Below, piece by piece: positions 17,998 through 27,366 of a stretch of 64,000 nucleotides of DNA. The stretch's first letter is position 1. Each line of letters starts with the position of its first letter. The DNA is from Planctomycetota bacterium (lineage in GTDB: Bacteria > Planctomycetota > Phycisphaerae > WQYP01). The stretch is taken from assembly GCA_021808485.1 (NCBI GenBank), contig JAKBBN010000004.1, positions 5,523-69,522 on the forward strand, read 5' to 3'. The translations under genes were made by a program, and so were the position numbers. The notes below the pieces were generated by a model. The model ran no database searches, was not told the origin of the DNA, and worked only from the letters and a program-made list of their open reading frames with translations.

Positions 17998-18662
17998 GCG
18001 TTCCGATGCGGAAATTTGCACTGTCAATAATTGTTCGCCAGGCGGATCGCGAAAATCTTTTTAGGGAAATTCTGGCCCGCTCGTTAAAATCTCGCCGGTG
18101 GCGGGTGCAATCGGCAATTGTAGTACTCTTCGTGGGCGGCCTGATCAATATTTTAACGAATGGAGAAATTTGGTACCTGGTCGTTGGCATTATCGCCTTG
18201 GGGCTACTTTTATCCTTTTTCCTGACACTGGATTTAAAAGCCGTCGGGCGCCGTCAACTTCGCAAGTTGAAGGCGGAGCGTGACGTGCGGATATCCATGG
18301 TGATCGGATCCGGTGGGCTTGCCAGAGCGAGAGATGAAAGCAGTGAGTTCTTCGCATGGGAGGGGCTAAGCCGGATCGATGTAATGCCGGGCGGACTTGG
18401 ATTTTTCAGAGATGATGGAACTTGCGGGGCGCAGCCCACTGCGTTTATTCCAGATCACGCATTTGCCGACGAGACGCAGCTCAGGGAATGCCTGGAATTC
18501 TGCCGGGACATGATTGCCCGCAGCAAGGCGGCGGCGCGGACGAGCCGCTCCGGGCCTTCCAGGCTTTCGCGGGTATTTAGCCTGTTGGCGTGGTACCTTG
18601 TGCTTCAACTGTGGTGGTTGGGAATTTTATTTAACCTCATCGCCTGGTGGCCGCAGAAATAG
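17994..18662 (+). CDS. hypothetical membrane-associated protein (YcxB-like: two TM helices plus a PH-like region)
   Basis: 222 aa, translationally coupled to the upstream gene. Confidence 0.4.
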   Translation: MSVPMRKFALSIIVRQADRENLFREILARSLKSRRWRVQSAIVVLFVGGLINILTNGEIWYLVVGIIALGLLLSFFLTLDLKAVGRRQLRKLKAERDVRISMVIGSGGLARARDESSEFFAWEGLSRIDVMPGGLGFFRDDGTCGAQPTAFIPDHAFADETQLRECLEFCRDMIARSKAAARTSRSGPSRLSRVFSLLAWYLVLQLWWLGILFNLIAWWPQK

Positions 18663-19163
18663 TAATGCGGCTTGATGGTTCGATCACCCTCGAGCCGAAG
18701 GGCGCCGGTTACTCGCGGGACAGCGGAATTGCGGAATTGCGCTGCGCAAGCGGAGGGATCGCGGCGACCGGCTTTTCGCAATTGGCCGCCCAATGGCCTG
18801 CGGCGGGCCAATCCGGGCCGGGGCAATTCGCGGCCCGGTATCGCCCCGGCTTAGTCGGAGGGGACAATGCTGCATTGCCCAACAGGAAAACGGCCGTTTG
18901 CCGCTGCGTGGCGGGGGTAGTATAGTGAACAAGGTCAACAATTTTGTTTGAGGCTGCGTGATGGTTGCCATGGGTGAAAAGCGAAAAGCTGGGCATAGCC
19001 TGCCGCGAAGAAATCCTTCATGGCTATCTTGCAATCTTTGGCAATCGCCATTATTCGCCGGCTCCTGATTGCCGGCTGCATTGCGATCCATACCGGGAAG
19101 TGGGCTGCGGAAATGACTTTTAGAGGCGCTAAAAGGATTCATAAAGACCCGGAAGAAGAAAAA

Positions 19164-20381
19164 ATGATGGTTCCGAAATTAATGACTGCCGATCGGCGGC
19201 GGGGGCGCAGGCTGATATGGGCCTTGTGTGTAATGCTATTAGCGGCTTTTACGCTTGCGTCCGTCCTGAATGCGATTGATTTTCTCAAGCCGAAGCCCAA
19301 GCTTGGCCTGTGGAGGAGCTTCCGGACAACCTGTCACCTTTCCGGCTCTGTTCCCCGATTTCGCTTGCTGCCCACAACAATCAAGACAATACCGATTTCC
19401 CGGCTACGGGAGATAATTCGTGCGCAACCAACGGGTTTTACATTTAAGCTTCTTGGCACAAACCTTCGTTTGTCACCGGGGACTGTGCCGTCGGATATCG
19501 AAGTCTCGGCTTACGGCGGCAAACAGGCGCATCCCGCCGGCGAGTGGCATCTGGCTTGGGGCGGCAAGACCGGAATAAAAAAGCTGACTTTCCGCATAAA
19601 AGCAGGACACATTGACGCGCGGTATCACGTTGCCGAATCACTCATGGGGCAGATGAATTTCTCGTTCATGGGGCCGGGAATCGACCTTGGCGCCCACCTG
19701 CCGGTAAAGGGCACGACGCGGTTGTCGCTGCAAATCAAGAAAAATCCGCCGAGCTTCCAACCTTTCCCGACCGGATTCGACGCCGACGGAGGGACGAATC
19801 CAGGTTGGAGCGCGAGTTCCACGTTTGGTTTGACCCCGGATTCGCATCCTGCCGGGTCGGCGCTTGTGCTTTGGCACTACCAGTTTAACCGATTAAAAAT
19901 CACGAGGTTGTTTACGGCAGTTTTGCGTCGGTCGGGGTGGACGCGGCGGCGCACGGCGGAAACGCTGCGGCGCGTTGAGCTTTGGGCGGATCGCATGTCG
20001 CTGGAGGAGTTCATGAAATTGCAGTTGTCCGGACGCATCCCGATAAAGATGTGGCCGGCGGCGGCAAATCGGCGACTGCTCCGGCTATTTGCGCTTTCGG
20101 CATTTTATGGGTATTATAACTTTCCACCAAAATGCCTGAAAGCATTGCGTATAGCCATCGGCGCCAATATGCTTTACGTTCTGGCTTTGGATTCGGCCAC
20201 GTTCGTCAAGAAGAAAGGTAGACCTTGGATGAATTATTATCTTTTCGACAGCCACGGATACCTGTCGTGCTGCGGAAGCATTCATCCCGTTGCGGCCGGC
20301 ATTCATTCCGGGCAGTTGGCTGGATTGGCGGTCGGCATTTCCGGATTGTATCGAACCATAACCGGACACAAACCTATGTAA
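19164..20381 (+). CDS. hypothetical signal-anchored protein
   Basis: Track ORF 19020..20381. Start set at MMVPKLMTADRRRGRRLIWALCVMLLAAF (purine-rich RBS). No recognisable domain. Confidence 0.4.
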   Translation: MMVPKLMTADRRRGRRLIWALCVMLLAAFTLASVLNAIDFLKPKPKLGLWRSFRTTCHLSGSVPRFRLLPTTIKTIPISRLREIIRAQPTGFTFKLLGTNLRLSPGTVPSDIEVSAYGGKQAHPAGEWHLAWGGKTGIKKLTFRIKAGHIDARYHVAESLMGQMNFSFMGPGIDLGAHLPVKGTTRLSLQIKKNPPSFQPFPTGFDADGGTNPGWSASSTFGLTPDSHPAGSALVLWHYQFNRLKITRLFTAVLRRSGWTRRRTAETLRRVELWADRMSLEEFMKLQLSGRIPIKMWPAAANRRLLRLFALSAFYGYYNFPPKCLKALRIAIGANMLYVLALDSATFVKKKGRPWMNYYLFDSHGYLSCCGSIHPVAAGIHSGQLAGLAVGISGLYRTITGHKPM

Positions 20382-20507
20382 GCAATCGCGCGTTGAATTC
20401 CGCGGCGGTTTAGGCCGATGCCGCAGCGCACAATGCCATCAATGATCTTTGGGCAACATCCTCTTTAACTTTGGCGCTGCCCGCGGGATAACCGAAGGAG
20501 TGTTGAA

Positions 20508-21476
20508 ATGCCCGATTCCGCTGACTCGACAAACCGTGCCGCACGAACAATCGGCGGGTTATCCGCGATTGGAATTGCAGCGGCTCTGTTGCCGCTGGCT
20601 GCAGCTGCAGGCATTGCGGCCTGGACGGTGGCTGCCCGCGGCGGGGTACAATACCGGGCTCTGCGCCGCATCGCCGGGGGGCGATGCAATGTCGACCTTG
20701 CATCCGCACGGACCCCGCTGGGGCTAAAATGGAGGTTTCTGCACGTTTCACAGGGGACGTGGTCTTTGCGTTCAGGCATTCCGCTCGCCGCGTTGCTGAT
20801 CCCCGCCCGCCGGGCGGAGTTGCTAAAGCACAGCACGGAAGAGGATTTTAGCTCATTTGCGCAACTCCCCAGCCTGACCCACCTGTATATCATGGGGCCG
20901 CGCGCGTCCGTGGGTGAAATGCGTCTGCTGGGCAAATTACAGCATCTGCGTTCGTTGGTGATCCTGTCCGTCAAGTTGCCGAATGCGGGATGGCGGGGCA
21001 TATCCAGGCTAACCCGACTGCGCAAGCTGCTGTTGGGGGATGATGGCCTGAATGACCGCATCTTCGCGTTGATGGGGAATCTTAAAGATCTGCGTACGCT
21101 GGGTCTAAGCAAAAACAGCGGCATTGTCGGCGCTCACATGCAGCGCGTTCCCCCATTGCGCCGCCTCAGGCGTCTTTCCCTTGTCGCAACGCGCTTCGGC
21201 GACGCGGGCATGCACTGGGTCGCCGCGCTCCCCAATCTGGAATATCTGGACCTGGCATTCGACAAGGCGTTAACCGGCCGCAGCCTGAGATTCCTGGCCG
21301 CCTGCTCAAAGCTGCGCGAGTTGAACCTTTCCGGTACGCGGATCGGGGATCGTGATCTGCATTGGATCGCCTCGATGCACGCATTGCGGATTTTATCGCT
21401 GGGAAAGACGCGCTGCAGCACCGCCGGCATTACGCAATTGCGCCGGAGTAATCCGGCACTTCACGTGCGTTATTAA
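20508..21476 (+). CDS. leucine-rich-repeat (RNI-like LRR) protein with N-terminal membrane anchor
   Basis: 322 aa. Repeated L..L..L.L..N.I units (LRSLVILSVKL, LRKLLLGDDGL, LRTLGLSKNSG, LRRLSLVATRF, LEYLDLAFDK, LRELNLSGTRI, LRILSLGKTRC). Strong AAGGAG RBS. Confidence 0.6.
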   Translation: MPDSADSTNRAARTIGGLSAIGIAAALLPLAAAAGIAAWTVAARGGVQYRALRRIAGGRCNVDLASARTPLGLKWRFLHVSQGTWSLRSGIPLAALLIPARRAELLKHSTEEDFSSFAQLPSLTHLYIMGPRASVGEMRLLGKLQHLRSLVILSVKLPNAGWRGISRLTRLRKLLLGDDGLNDRIFALMGNLKDLRTLGLSKNSGIVGAHMQRVPPLRRLRRLSLVATRFGDAGMHWVAALPNLEYLDLAFDKALTGRSLRFLAACSKLRELNLSGTRIGDRDLHWIASMHALRILSLGKTRCSTAGITQLRRSNPALHVRY

Positions 21477-21500
21477 CTCTTTTCGAGACCGGATTTCAGG

Positions 21501-22241
21501 ATGGCCTTGATGCGCGAGCAAAGCCGCCCGGAAAAGCCGCCCGGAAAGGCCGCCCAGGTTAATTGTGGAGTAAAGGCCATGCACAGCAAGATGCGATCCA
21601 CCCCTTACGCCGTTGCTGTCGGCGTGGTGGCGATGTTGATTGGCGCGTTTTTCATTTGGGTGTCGTTGCACTGGATGAACAAGGGTGCCGGAGAGGCCGG
21701 CGCCGGAATCTGGGCCATCGGCTCCGTTGGAATGGGCATGCTGATGCGGGTGCGTGGCCGGTTGCCGGCCTGGGCATGCGAATACTTTCATCTTTTGATC
21801 TTCGTGCCGCCGGCGGCGTGCGTCGCCTGGCTTTATTCGGCCGGGACAGACTTTCCACCGCTTTTTGTGCTCAACGCGTTTCTCCTGTTGGTCGCTCCGG
21901 TTGCCGGGTTTTGGCTCGGCTATTTCCTTGGGCGAAACGAAGACGATTCTGCCGTTACGCCCGGCAGGGGCAACCGCGTTAAATGGTTGGCGGTTCTTTT
22001 GTTGCAAATCCCCGTTGTCGGTGTGCCGGTTTTATTGGCGTTCTCAAATGCGGCGAATAATTCTGTTTTCTGGTTCGAACTCTACATGATTCTCTGGTTT
22101 CCAATTGGCGCCGGGGTGTGCGCGGCGGTGCCGTGGGCCTGGCTGATTGGGCTGCGGCGTCCCCACAACTGGGCTGTGCGGCCCGTTTGTGTAATCGGCT
22201 GGCTTTTTCTTATAGGCTTCGCGGTGATGCTTGCCGTGTGA
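21501..22241 (+). CDS. hypothetical polytopic membrane protein
   Basis: 246 aa. The start may be the internal M at 21579, which has a GGAG RBS. Confidence 0.4.
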   Translation: MALMREQSRPEKPPGKAAQVNCGVKAMHSKMRSTPYAVAVGVVAMLIGAFFIWVSLHWMNKGAGEAGAGIWAIGSVGMGMLMRVRGRLPAWACEYFHLLIFVPPAACVAWLYSAGTDFPPLFVLNAFLLLVAPVAGFWLGYFLGRNEDDSAVTPGRGNRVKWLAVLLLQIPVVGVPVLLAFSNAANNSVFWFELYMILWFPIGAGVCAAVPWAWLIGLRRPHNWAVRPVCVIGWLFLIGFAVMLAV

Positions 22242-22575
22242 ATCGTCGATAGGGTGGGCATTCGTGACAAATCATTTAAGCGGGGAGGCGAACCGTCGGT
22301 GCGGAAAGTTTCACCGGCAGGCGTAAACCCGCCGGTCCGCCTCGCGATTAATACCGCTTCCATATCCGGCCGGCATACTCGCCCGCCGGGCGGTGACACT
22401 CCGGCTTGGGTTAAGGGGGGCATGCTGTTCGCCCGACAGTATCATTACCGTCATCATTGGCGTAAAAACACATCTCATTTATAATCCCGCTTTACGCCGG
22501 GTATGCCGGTGAAGCGCCGTGAACAGGCTTTATACGCCCGCACCGTCATAATGAATATGAGAGGTTAAGGTTACC

Positions 22576-23094
22576 ATGGTTCTGGATCATCCCGCCGCCA
22601 AAGCAATGAAAGCCAAATTCAGTAATTTGCCGCTGAAAGGCGTGGAGTTTCACGGACAGGTGCAGATCGCTGTTCCACGGGAAAATTTGACCGAAGTAAT
22701 CCGCTTTCTGCGTGATGAGCCGGGCCTGGGCTATGACATGCTTTGCGATATCACTTGTGTCGATTATCTGAACTATCCCGGATGGGATAAGCCGCGGTTC
22801 GGCATGGTTTATAACCTGATCAGCGTCGGCGTCGGCGCCCCGCGTTTAATTCTTCGCGTGTTCATGAATGAAGACGGCCTGGAAGTGGATTCGCTTGTTC
22901 CGCTTTATGCCGGGGCGGAATGGATGGAACGTGAAGTATGGGACATGTTCGGAGTTAAGTTTATCGGTCATCCCGATCTGCGGCGCGTTTTAACATGGGA
23001 AGGGTTCAAACCCCACGCATTGCGCAAGGATTACCCGGTGACCGGGCTGGGTGAACGGGAGAATTACCCGGTTCTGACGCGGGATTCCACCTGA
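22576..23094 (+). CDS. nuoC: NADH-quinone oxidoreductase subunit C (30-kDa subunit), stand-alone
   Basis: 172 aa. The segment VPLYAGAEWMEREVWDMFGVKFIGHPDLRRVLTWEGFKPHALRKDYPVTG is the NuoC signature. Confidence 0.75.
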   Translation: MVLDHPAAKAMKAKFSNLPLKGVEFHGQVQIAVPRENLTEVIRFLRDEPGLGYDMLCDITCVDYLNYPGWDKPRFGMVYNLISVGVGAPRLILRVFMNEDGLEVDSLVPLYAGAEWMEREVWDMFGVKFIGHPDLRRVLTWEGFKPHALRKDYPVTGLGERENYPVLTRDST

Positions 23095-23151
23095 CCGTAT
23101 CACTCCGTGCGGGGTGCTACAACAAAATCACCTCTGCGGCGTTAGTCTGAC

Positions 23152-25086
23152 ATGACAGCGATTCCATCCGTCGCGGCCGGTGCGAATACATCCGGTCCGC
23201 CCGTCGGTAAAAAAGAAACGACAGACCACAAGCCCGGCGGTTTCGCCCGGGCCATCGGCATATTCAGCCGGCCCGGCGTCGCCTTCTGGTGCACGTTCGG
23301 TCTGATTCTTGTCTTGGGCGGCTTTTTGCGATTTTGGCGGCTGGGCTTTCAATCATTCTGGTGTGATGAAACCGCTACCACCATCCGCATAAGCGGCAGC
23401 TTTCAATTTATTTTCAAGATGTTGCAGGGGCAGGGCTTCCCGCCCGGATGGTACATACTGCTCTGGAGCTGGGTGCATTTTCTGCACGGGGTTTGCCACG
23501 TCGCCTGGGGGCGGATATTCACCGCGTCGGTGCTTCGGTTCCCCGGCGCGTTGCTCGGCTGGCTGAATGTGCCCGCGGCTTATTTTCTGGCACGGCAGTT
23601 TGCCGGCCGACGCACGTCGTTGCTGATCATGCTGCTGGTGGCGATCAACCCGTTTTTCGTGTACTACAGCCGCGACCTGAAAATGTACAGCGCCTTTTAT
23701 CTTTTTGTGACGCTGAATATGGCCCTGTTTCTTAGATGGCAGGGCGGCCGGCATTTTCCCTGGGGCGTCTTGTATATTTTAAGCCTGATGGCGATGGTGG
23801 GGCTGGATTTCATGGGGCTTTTCCTCCTGCCGATTCAGTTGTCATGGCTCCTTTTCAAACGCCGCTTCCGCGCATGGGATATTCCCATCTGGTTGCTGGC
23901 GGCCGGCGGGGCGGGGTATTTCACGGCGTGGTGGTATACCCGCAAAACCGGCTGGTTTCAGGGCATGCTGTACCATCATACCGCGGGGAATCTGCAATGG
24001 GTCAGCTGGTTTAACGGCATGAATTACAAGGCTGTGCTTGGATTGCCGACCGTTGATTTGCTGGGTTTTTTATGGCCCTCATCCATGCCTACGCCGCGCA
24101 TGATCAGCTGGTTTGAGCTTGGCCCGCTTTACTCTCAACATTTGGCGACGCGGACCGTGCCGTTGATATCGCAAATTGAATTTGTCGCCGCCTGGGCATT
24201 ATTCGGCGTCTTAATCCTGGGGCTTGTGCCGTGGCGGCGATTAACCAGGGCCGGCCGGGAAAAATTGAAGCTGGAAGCTGCGGAACGGGCCGCCGCCCGC
24301 GGCGCCGGTCGCTGGTGGCATGTCATGCTCTGGCTGGCCTTGCCCATGATCTATTTCGGCTTGGCGTCGCTTCCGGCCAAGGATCCATGGTCATTGTTTC
24401 CGCATTTTGTTTTCTGGCTGCCGCGGTACATGGGTTTTCTGGCGATAGCCTGGGTGTTATGGCTGGGAGCGGCTTTGGCGCGGCTGCCGTTGAAATATTT
24501 TCGCTGGTCGGTCATTGCGGTCGCGGTGCTGCTGATGACCGCTTCATCTCTTACGAACACATTGATATGCCGCAGTGAGCCGTGGCGATTCGTCAACCAG
24601 GTGGCGGTGAAATATTTCAATCCCAAGGCGCCCGGGGATATGTTTATCGCCTACTCGAAAACCAACCACTCCTTTGATGACCCGGCGATCTCCTTTTTGC
24701 AGTTGCGACACGTGCGTATATTGCCCAGCGGCAATGTATGGGGCCTTAATCCGCGGCAGTACGCGGATTTTCCGCCTTATACCCTGTTGAATGACTGGTC
24801 AATCGCCTGGCTGAAGACAATCAACACCGTGCGGCGCAATCCGCAAATTCGGACGCTTGTTCTGGCGGATCGCTTTGGTGATGTGCGCCGCGGGCGGCTT
24901 TCGACGGCCGCGATCAGCCGAAGGTTGGGGCGGGGCTGGAAATTAGCGGCGATCAAGCGATTCCGATGGTATTTCCAGTGGCGGTACTACTTTTTTTCCC
25001 CGTGGCGGGTGCGCGTCTGGCAGCGCGTCAGTCTCCGGCCTGTGAAGAACGGACAAACGGCTTTGCGCAAGGGGCAATCCGGATAG
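23152..25086 (+). CDS. GT-C glycosyltransferase, family 39 / ArnT-PMT-like
   Basis: 644 aa, more than 10 TM helices. Has the N-terminal FLRFWRLG...FWCDE motif characteristic of ArnT/PMT-type enzymes. Confidence 0.6.
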   Translation: MTAIPSVAAGANTSGPPVGKKETTDHKPGGFARAIGIFSRPGVAFWCTFGLILVLGGFLRFWRLGFQSFWCDETATTIRISGSFQFIFKMLQGQGFPPGWYILLWSWVHFLHGVCHVAWGRIFTASVLRFPGALLGWLNVPAAYFLARQFAGRRTSLLIMLLVAINPFFVYYSRDLKMYSAFYLFVTLNMALFLRWQGGRHFPWGVLYILSLMAMVGLDFMGLFLLPIQLSWLLFKRRFRAWDIPIWLLAAGGAGYFTAWWYTRKTGWFQGMLYHHTAGNLQWVSWFNGMNYKAVLGLPTVDLLGFLWPSSMPTPRMISWFELGPLYSQHLATRTVPLISQIEFVAAWALFGVLILGLVPWRRLTRAGREKLKLEAAERAAARGAGRWWHVMLWLALPMIYFGLASLPAKDPWSLFPHFVFWLPRYMGFLAIAWVLWLGAALARLPLKYFRWSVIAVAVLLMTASSLTNTLICRSEPWRFVNQVAVKYFNPKAPGDMFIAYSKTNHSFDDPAISFLQLRHVRILPSGNVWGLNPRQYADFPPYTLLNDWSIAWLKTINTVRRNPQIRTLVLADRFGDVRRGRLSTAAISRRLGRGWKLAAIKRFRWYFQWRYYFFSPWRVRVWQRVSLRPVKNGQTALRKGQSG

Positions 25087-25241
25087 CCCGCGGCGGATCG
25101 GCGCCATTTCCGGGACAATGTGTTTCCGCGTTTCGGATGAATGGTTGATGCGGCGATTGAGGGGGAATTTTCGCCTGCCATTTAATTTTTTTTACTTATC
25201 CCTTATCTTTCCCCTCTTTGAAGTCAAGGAGCTTTTACAAT

Positions 25242-26417
25242 ATGAAAATTCACGAATATCAGGCCCGCGACCTGTTGTCCAGGGCGGGAATCGCCGTGCC
25301 GCCGGCGCGTGTTGTGCAAACCGCCGCGGAGGCCCGGCAGGCTTTTATTGAAAATGGCCTTGCGCGCCAGGTGGTCAAAGCCCAGGTATTTGCCGGGGGG
25401 CGGGGAAAAGCCGGGTTTGTAAAACTCGTGGACAGTGCCGATGAAGCCTTCAAGGCTGCGGAATTCATGCTGGGAAATCGGATGGTCAGCCCGCAAACCG
25501 GCCCGGACGGCATTGCCGTGCACAGGCTGCTGATTGCCGGCGCCGTGGATATTGCCCATGAATATTACCTGGGATTGGTATTGGACCGGGCGCGGGCCAC
25601 GGCCAGCGTCATCGCCTCGGCGCAGGGAGGGGTGGAAATTGAAACCGTCGCCCATGAGCATCCGGAAGCGATTATCAAGGAGCCGTTGCATCCGGCCCTG
25701 GGGCTTCAACCGTATCAGGCCAGAAATACGGCCGTTGCACTGGGCTTTTCCGGCAAACAGGGGCAGCTGTTTGCCGATATGCTGCTTAAACTTTCCGCTT
25801 TTTTTGTAAGATATGATTGTTCAATCGCGGAAATTAATCCGCTGGTGATAACCAGGGATGGCCGGCTGTTGGCGATTGACGCCAAGGTTAATTTTGACGA
25901 CAACGCGCTGTTCCGCCATCCGGACATTTTAGCGCTGAAAGATGATGCGGAAACCGATCCGCTGGAAATCCGTGCGGCGGAGGCGAATCTCAACTATATC
26001 AAACTTGACGGCGATATCGCCTGCCTGGTAAATGGCGCCGGCCTGGCGATGGCGACAATGGATGTGATTCAACTGCACGGCGGATCACCGGCCAATTTTC
26101 TTGATGTCGGCGGCGGCGTAAAGGCGGAAGGCGCCGTGGAGGCGTTCCGCATTCTTCTGGCGGATAAGAAAGTCAAAGGCGTGCTGGTCAATATTTTCGG
26201 CGGAATTGCCCGGTGTGATCTTATTGCCGAGGCCCTCATACAGGCGGGGAACGAAGTCGGATTCACGGTTCCGGTTGTGGTACGGCTGGAGGGAACAAAT
26301 GTGCAACAGGCGCGGGACATTCTGGCGGGGGCGAAAAAGTCGCTCCCGACCCTGCAGACCGCGACCGACCTTAACGATGCGGCCCAAAAAATCGTGGCCG
26401 CTACGCGGAGTAAATAA
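25242..26417 (+). CDS. sucC: succinyl-CoA synthetase beta subunit
   Basis: MKIHEYQARDLL start with AAGGAG 10 nt upstream. ATP-grasp and CoA-ligase motifs throughout. Confidence 0.9.
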   Translation: MKIHEYQARDLLSRAGIAVPPARVVQTAAEARQAFIENGLARQVVKAQVFAGGRGKAGFVKLVDSADEAFKAAEFMLGNRMVSPQTGPDGIAVHRLLIAGAVDIAHEYYLGLVLDRARATASVIASAQGGVEIETVAHEHPEAIIKEPLHPALGLQPYQARNTAVALGFSGKQGQLFADMLLKLSAFFVRYDCSIAEINPLVITRDGRLLAIDAKVNFDDNALFRHPDILALKDDAETDPLEIRAAEANLNYIKLDGDIACLVNGAGLAMATMDVIQLHGGSPANFLDVGGGVKAEGAVEAFRILLADKKVKGVLVNIFGGIARCDLIAEALIQAGNEVGFTVPVVVRLEGTNVQQARDILAGAKKSLPTLQTATDLNDAAQKIVAATRSK

Positions 26418-26462
26418 TATATCGCCGGCGATTGATCCGCCGCCTTTTCGGAGATTAAACCA

Positions 26463-27362
26463 ATGTCGATTCTTGTTGATAAAAATACCCGTGTCATCTG
26501 TCAGGGAATAACCGGCGGCGGCGGGGGGGCATTCCACACCAAAGGGTGCCTGGATTACGGTACAAAAATGGTCGGCGGAACCAGCCCGGGCAAAGGCGGA
26601 ACCAAGGACGCCAATGGATTACCGATTTTTAATACCGTTGACCAGGCGGTTCGTGCGACCGGTGCGGATGCCACGATGATTTTTGTCCCGCCGCCGTTCG
26701 CCGCGGACGCAATTTGCGAAGCCGCGGCGGCGGGAATCAAGCTGATTGTCGCGATTACCGAAGGTATTCCGGTGCTGGATATGGTACGCGCTAAAAAATT
26801 CCTGGCGGATTTCGGCGATTCCGTCCGCCTTATCGGTCCCAACTGTCCGGGTGTGATAACACCGGGCGAATGTAAAATCGGCATCATGCCCGGCTACATT
26901 CATCAGGCGGCGGAGTCCGGAAAAAAGGCCGTCGGTATTGTCAGCCGGTCGGGCACGCTTACGTATGAAGCCGTCTGGCAGACCACGCAACTCGGATGGG
27001 CGCAGAGCTCATGCGTGGGTATCGGCGGCGATCCGGTAAAAGGGATGGATTTCATTGACGTGATCACGCTTTTTCAGAAAGATAATGCCACCGACGCCAT
27101 CGTCATGATTGGAGAAATCGGCGGATCGGCGGAGGAACAGGCGGCGGCATTCATTCAGGCGAATGTCACCAAACCGGTTATCGGGTTTATCGCCGGTCGA
27201 ACCGCGCCTCCCGGCAAACGCATGGGCCATGCCGGTGCTATTATAAGTGGTGGCCAAGGCACGGCGCAAAGTAAGATTGCCGCCATGAAAAATGCCGGAA
27301 TTCATGTGTGTGATTCGCCCGCGGACATCGGCCGTACACTCCGGCAGGCCACAACGGGGTAA
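26463..27362 (+). CDS. sucD: succinyl-CoA synthetase alpha subunit
   Basis: [11 protein letters not shown]...[21 protein letters not shown]. Confidence 0.9.
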   Translation: MSILVDKNTRVICQGITGGGGGAFHTKGCLDYGTKMVGGTSPGKGGTKDANGLPIFNTVDQAVRATGADATMIFVPPPFAADAICEAAAAGIKLIVAITEGIPVLDMVRAKKFLADFGDSVRLIGPNCPGVITPGECKIGIMPGYIHQAAESGKKAVGIVSRSGTLTYEAVWQTTQLGWAQSSCVGIGGDPVKGMDFIDVITLFQKDNATDAIVMIGEIGGSAEEQAAAFIQANVTKPVIGFIAGRTAPPGKRMGHAGAIISGGQGTAQSKIAAMKNAGIHVCDSPADIGRTLRQATTG

Positions 27363-27366
27363 ACCC

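Noticed and set aside
18684-19142. 152-aa minus-strand ORF in the 18.7–19.1 kb intergenic region
   Set aside because: Low-complexity Pro/Arg-rich translation and no RBS. The region instead shows short degenerate GCAATTG/GGAATTGCG repeats, which I considered too weak to call a feature.
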